Assembly: GCF_036321535.1 (NCBI RefSeq)
Contig: NC_087436.1
Location: 74,588,001-74,652,000 of the forward strand
Direction of reading: 5' to 3'
Length of the DNA stretch: 64,000 bases
DNA from: Camelus dromedarius
Taxonomy: Eukaryota
Position 1 is the first letter of the stretch. Each line of letters starts with the position of its first letter. Both the position numbers and the translations under genes were made by a program. A model generated the notes under the pieces. It searched no databases and had not been told where the DNA came from. It saw nothing but the letters and a program-made list of their open reading frames with translations. Positions 52,571 to 64,000 of the stretch are shown in pieces.

Positions 52571-54789
52571 GATCTATAAAACTCAAAAAGAAGGTAACCC
52601 ATACTCTAAAATGAGCAGCAAGTCCAAAGAGCAACAGTCTAGATCAATGCAGGGCAACTGAGAGTCCAAGAGATGTTTCTAGGTTTAAAAAAAAAAAAAG
52701 GAAACTATAGAGGTTTGACTGTGTATAGAAAATTGGATTGAGAAGCTGCTTTAGAATGTGAAAAGACTTAAATAGATTTGATGAAAGCTAAGGAACTATG
52801 GTTAAATTCATAAAAAGAGATTTTGCAAGAAGGTAAATATAATAACATACCATAATATTTACATAGCAATATAATGGAAATACTGAATAGAAATTTCAAC
52901 ACAAACATTGTGACAAAACTACACTTGGGAGGATAGGGGGTATTGGGAGAAAGCAGAACAAGAGCCTCATATTTGCATTTCATAGAGAAAAACCATAAAT
53001 AATATCTAAAATGGAAATACCAAAAATAGCAGTAGGTCAAATTATTTAAAAATATGATCTTAAATAACAAGAGAAACAGGTAAGAGCTAAGAGTTGTTAA
53101 CCTCTGGGGAGTGAGAAAATGGGGGGAAAGCTCTGCAGCAGGAGAATACTGTTTTTCATTGCAGACCTCATATAACTATTTCCTTTTTTCAACTGTGTGC
53201 CTGCATTATCATGTGCTTCAGATTCCTGGGAATCTTTTTTTTTTAAATTTAATGTCTAGAATTAGCATAAAAAGTTTCTAATTTCGGACAAAAATTTAAA
53301 ATTTGAAAAAAAAAAAAACAACCACAAACCTTTTTTTTTCAATTTCTACATTTCCACATCCCTGCCACTATCCTCTTTCCTATTAATCACCCCACATACT
53401 TCACTTGCTACTCAACCTATTGCAGACTGCCTCTGGTTAACTGGATTGTGATTTCTTCTTTTTGTTTCTTTAAATTTCCGAGTTTTTGAAAATTTTCTAT
53501 AACAAACATGAAGTACTTTTCATACTAAGAAAAAAAGGTAAATAATTTAGATAGAGAAAATAGTAACTATTCTGAAAGGTCCATCTCAAAAGTAATTTCT
53601 TCCAAGAACTTTTGATTCTCTCATCTGGCATGATTTCTCTCCCTTCTGAAAGCAGTTTCTCACCATCTTCCCTAATAAATTATAAATTCCTTTGCAGTCG
53701 TATCTACCAATCATGTTGTTATTACTCACAGTGCCCACAGCACAGTATCCAGATGAAACAAGGACTCAACCAAAGACTCATTTCAGGCCTTGGAGCTAAA
53801 AGCAAAAAACCATAACCAAAACAAACAAGCCCAAGTGTAATCTCTTTCACAGGCCAATCCTTCAAATGTCTGAAGGCTGCCATCATGCTCATCAGTTCAT
53901 TTTTTGCATAGCTGAAAAACTGTTCAAGAGTTCCTCACATGACATGATTTTTGCTCTTCTAAATTAGCACCAGTTTAATTGTTAACACTAAGATCATTAG
54001 CTATTTTTTTTTGAAGGCTACACCATATTATCAATTCAGATAGAACTTATGCTCAATTAAAACTTGTAAGACTTTCTAAGATACACTCACAGGCAAACTT
54101 CCCTAACCTACCCCCACCCCATTGTGTGTGGGGTTTTGGTGCCTTTTTGGGGGGGAGGTTGTTGGGGGGTGGGTACATCGTTGTTCAGAACCTTAAATAT
54201 ATATCCTTTCCAAAAAGTCATTAAATCCCATCTACTGTTATATTCTGCTGAGATGTTCTGAGATGCCAATTTTGTTGACTTGGTACTTTTCTCAGATTCT
54301 CCACAATTAGAAAAACAGACACACTATAATTTCATCTAAAGCAGACATAAATATCAACCTCAGAAATAGAGCATAAAGTAGATGATCACCTGTCAAGAGG
54401 TATTTAGAAGAAACACCTGTACTGGTTGAAAATTGTACTTAATATGTTCAAAGATCTCTTCTAAATCTAATTTTAGTTATAATTAATTCTTTTCAAAACT
54501 TTAAACTTACTTTATTATTTTATTCCCTTAGCTACACTCAACAGGGTGGCTCACCAGGATCTGCAAGCCTTCTCAACATACCCCAATGGTTGGCTGCCCC
54601 TAATAATTATTTTTCTTTTACAATGCTCCCTTTGAAGATTATTTTTAGGGGAGGATGGATGTGGGGGACAGAGAGGGACATGTAGGATAGAATCATGCAA
54701 AGAAGTATAAGATCAAGTTCAAGGGATTCCTGTTCTTCAATCTCCTGTAATTCAGGCCCTTAATAAGACTTTCAAATATTTAAATGCAA

Positions 54790-56250
54790 TAACAACTTTT
54801 TGAAAACAAAGGAATGCAGGTCAAAGAGGAAATCATAAAGGAAGTTAAAAAATACTCTGAGATAAATTTTAAAAGATCTAACATATACCAAAACTTACAG
54901 GAAACAATGAAATACCTTTAAATATCTACATTAAAAAAGATATCAAGTCAATACCCTAACCTTCCACCTTAAGACACTGGAAAAAGTAAATGAAGCTATA
55001 CCTAAAGCAAGTCAGAAGAAAGAAAATTAATATCAGAGTAGAAATTAGTGAAATAGAGAACAGAAAACTAGAGAAAAATCAATGAAACCAAAAGTTGGTT
55101 CTTTGAAAAGACCAAAACTGGCAAACCTTTAGCTGCACTGACCAAGAAAAAAACAAGGATAAAGTACTAAAATCAGGAATAAAGAGGGGACATTACTAAC
55201 TATGTTACAGAAAAAAAAAAAAAGGATTATAAAGAAATTTTATTAACCATTCTACACAAATAAATTGGACAATTTGGATGAAACAGACAAGCACTTAGAA
55301 ACAAACTATCAAGACTGACTTAAGAATTTTTAAAAAGCTTAAATAGCCATAAAGAGATTGAATCAGTAAACAAAGGTCGTCAAAGAAAAGCCCATGCCCA
55401 AATGGCTTCACTGGAGAATTCTACCAAACATTTACAGAAAAATAAGTACAAATTCTACACACTCTTCCAAAAAATATGAAGGAGGAGCACTTTTCATTAT
55501 ATAAAGCCAGTTATTATCCTGCTACCAAAACCAAAGACAAAAGCACTAGAAAACTATAGACCAATATCTCTTTTAAATAAGGATGCAGAATTCCTCAACA
55601 AAATACTAGCAAGCTGAATCTGGCAACATAAAAAAGGGATTATACACCATAGCCAAGTGGGATTTAGCCCAGGAATGCAAAGTTGGCTTAACACTGATAA
55701 ATCAATTTCATACACAGTATCAACCAAAGAAACATAGGAATCATTCTTTGCATACAATAGAGAAATGTAACAAAGGGGGGGAAAGTTCAAACTTCCTTAA
55801 ACTTTAAAAAATGGAGTATAAATAATACAAGTGAGAGACAAAAAGGATGGAGGACACGTGGGGATGTTCTAGATTTTCCAGGCTACAGAAAAATGAAAAT
55901 GCAATATCTGACCCTAGACTGGATCCTGTACTGGAGAGAGAAAAATGTTATAAAGGTCATTTTCAGGTCAATTGACATAATGAGAATTTAGATGAACTTC
56001 ATCAAAGTAAATGTATCAATGTTAAACCTACTAAAATTAGTAAGTTTACTATGACTCTGTAAAACAATATCCCTAATTCTCAGAAAATACACACTGAAAA
56101 GTTCAGGTGTACAGGGTCATAATGAATGCTGCAGAGAGGGGGTGGACGATGGGGGAGGAAAGACATGATAAAACAAATGGAGTAAAAGGTTAACAACAGG
56201 TGAATTCTGGTAGTTTCTTTTTAAAATTATTTACAAGTAAATTTAAGAAC
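54790..56250 (+). mobile_element. Decayed L1 ORF2 fragment followed by L1M 3' sequence
   Basis: aaaatcaatgaaaccaaaagttggttctttgaaaag, ggcttcactggagaattctaccaaacattta, ccaagtgggattta.cccaggaatgcaa. Confidence 0.85.
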
Positions 56251-58669
56251 ACAGAAGAAGAAAAACAAAACCCATAATTTATGAGAAAGTGCTTATATTA
56301 CCAGGTTTTTCTCTTTTTTACATTCCTTTTTGTAAGACAGATAATATGATACAGTGGAGAAAGCACTGGCTAGAGTTTGACTTCTTTTACTGATAGTCCA
56401 CAAACATGTTTTCTAATGTGTAGAACAGATTTGAGTTAGATGAATAATGAATCCTGGTAAGGAATACAACACAAACACTAAAAACATTACTGTTCTAAAT
56501 AGCAAAACTTTATAGTTGTATCTTGTTACTTTATGCCCATTATTGGTCACATCTAGAATTTTGAGTGCTGGGGAAAGTCTCTAGGAACTAAAAAACCAAG
56601 ACAACTGTATTTTGGTTGGCATGTTCCACACATTTCTAACTTGATGCATTTCACACTTCACCCATTCTTTCAGTTGCTACTTGCTTCTTTCTCTGCTTAT
56701 CAAATAGCTTCATGTCTGAATGAACAGTTTATAAAGTGCTTATCGTACAGTATAAAATTTATTACAAATCTACATATAGGGCCTCCTGCTCTTCCAAGGA
56801 AAAGTGCTGCACAGTGCTGGGTATATAACAAACAACTTTATTAATGTGAAAGTATTATTTTTATTATAATTGTAATGCCAACTCCATTAATAATTCTGTA
56901 CTGGTGTTGATTTCAGGATATTAGTTCCTCTTCTAAAAAAAAAAAGGGGGATTTATTAATGTGACCATACAAAAACCTCATGTTCTACTATTACCTCCTT
57001 AATAAGAGACTACAGTCACTTGTATTCCAAAACAGCCTGCTTTCCCAATCTCCATGCCTTTCCACACACTGTTCTTTCAACTTGAATCGTCTTTCTCTAG
57101 CTTACTCCCTCCTTACAGAGTTGCCATTTGCATATGTACTTGGTCATTATTACACTTTTGCATTTAATTGCTCCGTGATAACTGATTATTTGTAAGCCAG
57201 TCTCTCCTACTAATCATAAGTTTCTTGATGGTGAGCACTCTCCAGAGTTAGCACTGTGGCAAATAAATAATAATAGTTTACACTTCTTAAGCGTTTAACA
57301 ATAAAAAATCTGAGTGTTCACTACTTGGCCAGGTATTGTTCAAAGTACTATGCCATATTAACTCATTTAATCCTCAAAAACAAAAACCAGTATTATCATG
57401 AAGGTATTATTAAGCCCCTTTTAAAGATGAAGAAATATGCACAGAAAAGCAAATACTTTTCATTTTAAAAGTATTATACAATCAGAATAAAACATGTACA
57501 CACACTCTCAGCTTCCAATCTTGATCAAAAACATTTCGAGTTCATTCTAAACTACTAGGATGTCACATTGCCACATAAGCTTACTTATTTCGGTTTAACT
57601 GCATATCATCCCTATTGCATCTTTCCAACACACACTGACTCTTCTAGTCTGCTCTACATCAGTATTAAGAAACTTCTTCTAGTCCAGAAGCTCAAAATTG
57701 CTGATGCGCCTGAGTCCTGACTAGCAAGTCTAAATCCTGTCCGTCCTCTCTTAACCTATTTGTTCATTCCCTATTTCGTCTGCCACAAACGATCTGGAGG
57801 GGCTAGAAACAGATAACGCTACTTTAATCTCTTCGGGGACAGAAACTATATAGCATAGTCAGATGGCTCGGGTTTGAATTCTGGCACCAGGTTCTGTCAT
57901 CTAATGGGAAAATTAACTTATGGAGCCTCAGTTTCCGTCATGTGTAACATGCTCCTGAACTACCTGCCCTTGTGAAGATTCAATGAGTTGGAAACCACTT
58001 AGAATGATGCCTGCTCGACAATAAGCCTCAACAAGTGTTATTAGCATCATAACGTCACATAGCTGCTGCTCAAACGTTGAGTGGCTTCCACTAACAGACT
58101 AAAAGCTGAAGATTAGCTTGGCATTCAAAAGATCTTCAGTCTGATACCATTCTACCTCCCGAGAGATAACTTCCACTATTTTGCTACCCAATTCTCAACT
58201 CCTGCCAAAATAATCTGCAGTGGAACCCCCAGCTCAGCAGAGGGCCTTCTGCTTTCTTCTCAAATTTTCGGCATTTAACAGAATAATCCGTTTGTGTCTT
58301 TTTTTTTTTTTTAAAGATATCATATGGTATTTTCCTTTTTCTTTCTGGCAGATTTTCAGTATTCTCATCTGTCCCTTCAGATTGCAACTCAAGGCTCGTC
58401 TCCCCTCCCAGATTTCCCCACCTACTCACCCACACCCAAGATAACGTTCCCCTCCCCAGAGTTCCCGCTGCGCTGGCGATTCACCCATTCATCCATCTGG
58501 CCTTCCCTCGGCTTTGCAATGTAAGTGATCTTCCCCCAGCTCCCACTGGAGCGCCGAGGTCTAGGGGCGGGGGTGTGTCCCCTTCTTTGTGTATCACACA
58601 GGCTCGCGGAGCCTAGAACACGCACTAGTAGGCAATTTGCTACTGCTACAAAAAAAGTTACTCGCTGAC

Positions 58670-58701
<32 letters not shown>

Positions 58702-58883
58702 CCGAACAGGGAACCCAGTGGAGCCATTTCCAAACTGGGCAGGTGCCGAGAAGTCGGTGCCTGGAAAGGCTAGCGGGTCGGCGGGGGGCGGGGCTCGGCC
58801 GAGGAGCGTGCGGCGGCCGCGCGGAGTGGAGGGGGGTGCGCGCGCGGATCGCGGGGACGCGTCGAGCCCCCCCGCCCCCTCAC

Positions 58884-59465
58884 CTTCTCCTCCTCTTCCT
58901 CCTCTTCCTCCTCCTCCTCCTCCCCGGCAGAGCTGTAGGCCTCACAGGGGTGACGCGGGGTCATCCAGGGGCCCGTTACCACCTCATTATCCTCAGCGCG
59001 CAGCGGCGGGGCGTGCGGGACAAGGATGGGGCCGACTGAGGAGGGAGAAGAGGGGGAACCGGGCCGGAGGGCGCGGGCGCGGGCGCGGGCGCTCGCGCTG
59101 GAGCGGGATGCACGGCTGCGGCCGGTGGGTCGGTCAGCGTATTAGTTCCATGACGCCCCCGGACCTGAGGCCGCCGCCGGTCCCGCTCCTCCAACCGCCG
59201 CCGCTTGAGCCCAGGTGGGGAGGGGGTTCCCTCTCGCCATAGGGCGGCGGGGGCCGGGGAGAGGCGGGGGGTGAGACCGGCTCTGCCCCTGCCCGGGGGA
59301 AGCGCCTCCGAGGGGAAATGGTGAAAGGGAGGGGAAAGGAGAAAAAGGAAAAAAAAAAAAAAAAAAAAAAAGGAAGGGGAAAGGGGGGGAAAAAATAAGA
59401 AAAAGCGAGACAGAGGCGCTGCCGCGTCCGCTCGCGGGGAAGGCTGGGGAGGGAGGGGAGGGAAG
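58884..59465 (-). other. CCNI: CCNI non-coding exon 1 (5' UTR); transcription start approximate
   Basis: AAG|gtgagg donor at 58884/58883; lies in a CpG island; resembles the human CCNI leader as I recall it. Confidence 0.85.
58887..58922 (-). repeat. (GAG/GAA)12 triplet repeat at the 3' end of CCNI exon 1
   Basis: cctcctcttcctcctctt... on +. Confidence 0.95.
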
Positions 59466-61264
59466 AAAGAAGTGCAGGCTTCCTCGGCTCCGCCCTCGCG
59501 GACCGATTTCTAGACGGTCTCACTTCTTGTAAACAACACCGAAATGGTCTCACCCTCCCTCTTTTCCCTCTCCGCCGCCTTCTGCGTCCAACGAACGCAC
59601 AGAGAAGTCTGGCAAAAAGCTGGGCTATTGGAAACGGGTTAGGGAAGTCACTGGTATTGGGGCGAGAGGAGGGAATATTTTTTGAGGGGGTGGGGGAGCT
59701 AAGAAAAGCTAAAGGTACGTGGACTCGTTTTCCGCGGAGGAGCGGAAGGGTTCCTTTTCGGTTCCACCGTGACGTCAGCACCTCCTGGGCTGGCTGGAAG
59801 AGGCGTGCGGTGGCCGGAGAGTGCGCTGCGCATGCGCCCCGGGGAAGAAAGGAGCGGCTGAGTTCTCCTCTTGGGGGTGGGGTTCTGTGGGGGTGCGCCG
59901 AACCTAGTGCTACCTGATTTTATGCAGCCTGTGTTTGTCTCTGGGGCATGCAAAAGCGTCTTTTGGGAAAGGGCCGGCCATCTGTTGTGTAAAGATCTTG
60001 CATTCTTTGTTGATCTCGCAGAAAGTTCTGTGTTCTCTTCTTACCATTGACGTGTAAATAGAATTGCGGATTTTTCGCTGCCAGGTCGTGGGTGGAGGGA
60101 GATTCTAAAGCGCGTTAGAAGTCGGAAGATTTCGGGGAGCACATTCTTGAGCACCTTCTCTTTTTAAACCGTGAATTGTACTTCTGGTGGACGGGAATCA
60201 GCTTGGTAATGCGCCAAGGGAATTCTATCCACTTAAGCAACACATCTGAGTATTTCAGAGTTACCAGGTCTTTAAGGAGTGTGTGGTGACATATAAATGT
60301 GTTGTATTTGGGTTTCCTTTACTGAACCATGGTAAATTTTTGCTCATATAATTGTTTTAGTTGTAAAAAGAATATGTAGAATTACGGAAAAGTTTTGAAA
60401 GAGAAAAAAAAAATCCCCAAACTCAACCGTTTACAGAAATAGTCACATTTGTGTTTTCCATTTGTCTTTTTATGCCTATTTTAACAATCACTTAAATTTG
60501 TGTTGAGCTTATTCAACGAGCTAGACTAGCTGCTGAGCTCTAGCAAACTGTAAGTAACTGAGACAAATAGCTTCCACCTTCATGGAGTTTACAATCCAAA
60601 CACAGAAGCTAACTGTTGCGCTAATTAGCACTACCTTAAAATCACCCAGGACTGTTGATTTGTTACTTGTACACTGCATTCTCTCTCTAGAATATACGGT
60701 CTAGAGTGATAGGGATCTTGCATGTTTTTTATTTCACCCTGTATCCCTGCAAGTAAAGGGCTGTCAATATTTGATTACTGACTGAATAAACAGTTACCAG
60801 TATCATAAGTATTAAGGTGGAAAATTGCAGGCTGCCATGGAAACACTTAATCCTAGCCTAGTTAGGGATATCAGAGAAGATTTCTGTGAGGAAGAAACAT
60901 TTAAGATGAGACTTGAAACCACTGGGCAAAGAAGTGGAGACAAAGTGATACAGGCAGAGGAAACAATGTTCAAAGGCTCTGGAGCTGAGACATTCATTCT
61001 AAAACTCTCTGAAATGTAGTAAGGCTGGTCCTCAGAGAATTGAGAGGGAGAGAGCTGAGGTCAGGGGCAGGGGACAGAATAGGGAACGGAAGCCCAGGAA
61101 GGATTTTAAGTGGGTTGTATTTTGCTTTTTTCACTTCATGTAGCCTTTTTCCTGAGTAGTCTACACTGCTACGTGGTCTTCCTTCTACATAGGCAACTTT
61201 TTTTTTTTTTGCATAATTCCATTGTTGGACCATGAAATTGCTTCTGATCTTCAGTACTGTAAGA

Positions 61265-61810
61265 CTAATACCAATTCCATTCCCAGATATGTAGTCAAGA
61301 GAAATGTAAACATATCCACACAAAAACTTGGACATGAATGTTCACAACAGCATTATTCTTAATGGCCACAGGTGAAACAACACGGATGTCCACCAACCGA
61401 TGAATGCGTAAGTCACATATGGTTTATGTATGCAGTGGAATGTTACTTGGCCATAATAAGGAGGTACTGATATATGGTATAATATGGTTGACCCTTGAAA
61501 ACAATGTGCAGTCTTTTGTGGCTGGCTTCTGTCACATAACATAATGATTCCATTTATATGAAATGTCCAGAATAGGGAAATCTATAGGCAGAAAGTAGAT
61601 TCATGGTTGCTTAAGACTGAAAATGGAGATGGGATTGAGGGACCATAGAGAAAAGTTTGGGGGTTTCTTTTTGATGAGAATATTTTACCGTTGATTATGG
61701 TGATAGTTGCAACTGAATATACTAAAACTATTGAATTGTACACATTAAATACGTGAATTGTCTAGATGTAAATTATATATCAATAAAGCTGTTACCAAAA
61801 AAAAAAAAAA
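61265..61810 (+). mobile_element. L1M(B)-type 3' end with poly(A)
   Basis: atgttcacaacagcattattc, attccatttatatgaaatgtccagaatagg, caataaagctgtt plus A tail. Confidence 0.85.
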
Positions 61811-62327
61811 AGAGAGAGAGAGAAGGAACAAACCAAAAAGAATATAATTAGCATATTCATGTATAACCTTTTCTGGGTTATTCTGACAGTGTTTACATTT
61901 TCATGGCTTTTAATGGAAACCAATTTGGCAAATTGCTTGGAAGAAGAATTGAACCAATTAAAATGTAACCAGGAGTATTTAAGAGCTCTCACGTCATTAT
62001 ATACTTACCCTTTTTGAAGCTTAGTTTTATTAAAACTGTCTTACTGTCTGTGACAATTTAATCTAGAATTCTATAAATATAATAACAAGTAATTAGTAGG
62101 TGACAAGTAATTTGTTAGGATAACTGAAAATTTTGTCCTAACAAAAAATATGGATATTCTTTTTCTTCACTATTCATTCACAAGACCTTACTTTTATCAT
62201 CTCTCTTTTCTTGATAATTGTAAAATTGTTTTTTAAAATGAATTGTAGTTGTAACAAATGGAAAGTCTTTGAACTTCCCTGAGAAAATAAATAAGGCATA
62301 TAAAGAAGACATTAATATCCTTGAATT

Positions 62328-62462
62328 GCAATATCTTATAGTAACCTATAATGAAAAAGCATATGAAAACGAATATATATGTATATGTATGACTGAAACA
62401 TTGTTGTACACCAGAAATTGATACATTGTAATTGACTATACTTCAATAAAAATAAAATAAAA
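62328..62462 (+). mobile_element. Younger L1 3' terminus, 5'-truncated
   Basis: gtaacctataatgaaaaa...gtacaccagaaattga...tatacttcaataaaaataaaataaa. Confidence 0.75.
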
Positions 62463-63569
62463 CCCTAAAAGAAATTCTTGTATTAGTAAGGAATTCTGCT
62501 TTTTCATTTTTTAAAATATTTTTTAGGAAGAATTTGTTCAAAACAGTAAAAATAAACTACCTTTCTACATGGTATTTGACAGCAATAGTAACTAAAATAT
62601 GTTGATTAATCACTGTGTACCAGGCATTGCACTAAACACTTGTATTACATTCCCTTGTGTGTATTCCTACAGCACTCCTCTACCGTAGGTATTTTGTCAT
62701 CCCCATTTTTCAGAAGATAAAGAAGTAAAATAAATCTCTTCAAGACTGTTCACACAACTTGTCTGACTCCAGCGCCTACCCTTTACTACCTTACCCTGTG
62801 GGTATTTCTGGCTTGCATTGACGTCTTCAAACAAAAAATACTCACCCTATGGTTATTTTTGGCCTGCCTTTAATCTTAGAACAAATATTCAAAAAGAATT
62901 TTTAGAGAGCAGTTTATATTTATGTTTCTAGAGAGTTAATTTTTGCTTGAAAAGGGGTGATTCAAATTTTCTTACACTTGTTTTATTTCATGACTGGAAT
63001 ACTGAATCTTAAAATAGAAACATGCCTTGCTTCAAATGCAGAGTGGTAGAGTAAGGAAGAAGAAACAGTGTGCTCTCATAATAAAAGCTCTGTTCTGAAA
63101 TGCAATATAATGTCAGGTGAAACCTCTTCAGAAGTCTAGGACAGCTGAGCAGAATCAAGTTGACAAACAAGAGGCTTTGCTGTAATCTTTTAAGAAAAAT
63201 AATTAGACCCTGACTGCTTACATTTTTATGAGTATAGAAGACAAGGCTACTTAATCTTTAGTGACAGAAATTTCTAGTCTCCTTTGTCTTAAATGAAATT
63301 TTCAGGGTAATGTTCCCAGCAGACAATTTATGAAGGTACTATCTTGAAGAAATACTAAGACCTACAGGGACAAAGGAAGTGATTTACTGTCATTATAATC
63401 ACTTATCTTTAGCATTTATCTGCATTTAAGAATCTTTTTTACAGCTTCCAAAATACTGATTTTCTTTAATCTCTACAGAGACAGGATGTAAGGGGAGTAA
63501 ACCCATCAAATAGACAGGAAGAGAAAAGGAGTCCACATTCACCAAATAACATAAAGATCTCCTGCTTAC

Positions 63570-63735
63570 TATTTTTTTAGAGTATAATTGATTTACAATG
63601 TTGTGTTAGTTTCAGGTGTACAACAGTGTTTCAGTTTATATATATATATTCTTTTCCATTGTAGGTCATTACAAGATATTGAATATAGTTCTCTGTGCTA
63701 TACAGTGGGTCCTTGTTGTTTATCTGTTTTATACC
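63570..63735 (-). mobile_element. L1 3' terminus fragment
   Basis: gagtataattgatttacaatgttgtgttagtttcaggtgtaca...ctgtgctatacagt. Confidence 0.75.
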
Positions 63736-63914
63736 CCCTACTTACTATTAAGTAGGAAGAAAGTGCTCAGATAAAACAAGTCAAAAATTCTAAAATAGAA
63801 GGCCACAAGTTTTCCAGGCTTTGACTAACTCCAAATGTAAACTGGCTTTAGGTTTCTCATACTTTGGTACTTATTTAGAAGGACTTCACTGGGTGGGATC
63901 ATTGGCTGCATGCT

Positions 63915-64000
63915 TTTTTTTGTTTGTTTGTTTCTTGCAGTGGGGAAGTAATTTATTCATTTGGTGGAGGTACTAGGGATTGAACCCAGGACTTCACACA
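63915..64000 (-). mobile_element. Vic-1-type SINE, cut off by window end
   Basis: ggaggtactagggattgaacccaggac with T-rich tail. Confidence 0.75.

Larger units (their letters stand above)
58540..60130. promoter_or_regulatory. CCNI: CpG island and CCNI promoter
   Basis: High GC and CpG density against AT-rich flanks; GC box near 59490, GTAAACA 59529-59535, CCAAT on - at 59627-59631 and 59656-59660, CRE TGACGTCA 59770-59777, NRF1-type TGCGCATGCGC 59827-59837. Confidence 0.9.

Noticed and set aside
46430..56250. Active L1 element
   Set aside because: Fragments are short, deleted and full of stops; no intact ORF1 or ORF2
57270..58050. Inverted MIR pair forming dsRNA in CCNI intron 1
   Set aside because: Copies look too diverged for a stable duplex
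58589..59781. Long ORFs of 217 aa (+) and 215 aa (-) in the CpG island
   Set aside because: Non-ATG starts and low-complexity products with poly-K or poly-F from A runs; stop-poor frames are expected in GC-rich DNA
1..64000. CRISPR array, operon or foreign insert
   Set aside because: No repeat-spacer periodicity, no long intronless ORFs and no compositional break beyond the CpG island

Overview
Mammalian genomic DNA, very probably from a camelid (tRNA-Ala-derived Vic-1-type SINEs). It holds two convergent protein-coding genes. On the + strand is the 3' half of SEPT11 (septin-11): five constitutive coding exons at 1466-15463, then a cluster of alternative last exons at 18.5-24 kb giving different short C-termini. 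On the - strand is the complete CCNI (cyclin I) gene: non-coding exon 1 in a CpG island near 59 kb and six coding exons that splice to 1134 nt (377 aa). The rest is introns and intergenic DNA with ordinary SINE, LINE, DNA-transposon remnants and microsatellites. No prokaryotic features, CRISPR arrays or intact mobile elements were seen. Best leads: (1) a four-uORF CCNI leader in which a 3-codon uORF precedes a spliced, poly-Glu-containing 62-aa uORF overlapping the CCNI start out of frame (ATF4-like layout); (2) the SEPT11 C-terminal splicing cluster, including a possibly unannotated exon; (3) CTCF motifs between the two gene ends; (4) an inverted SINE pair flanking a frame-preserving exon block; (5) an altered context at the CCNI R75G editing site. 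Exon numbers follow the human genes from memory, and repeat family names and boundaries are by eye and approximate.
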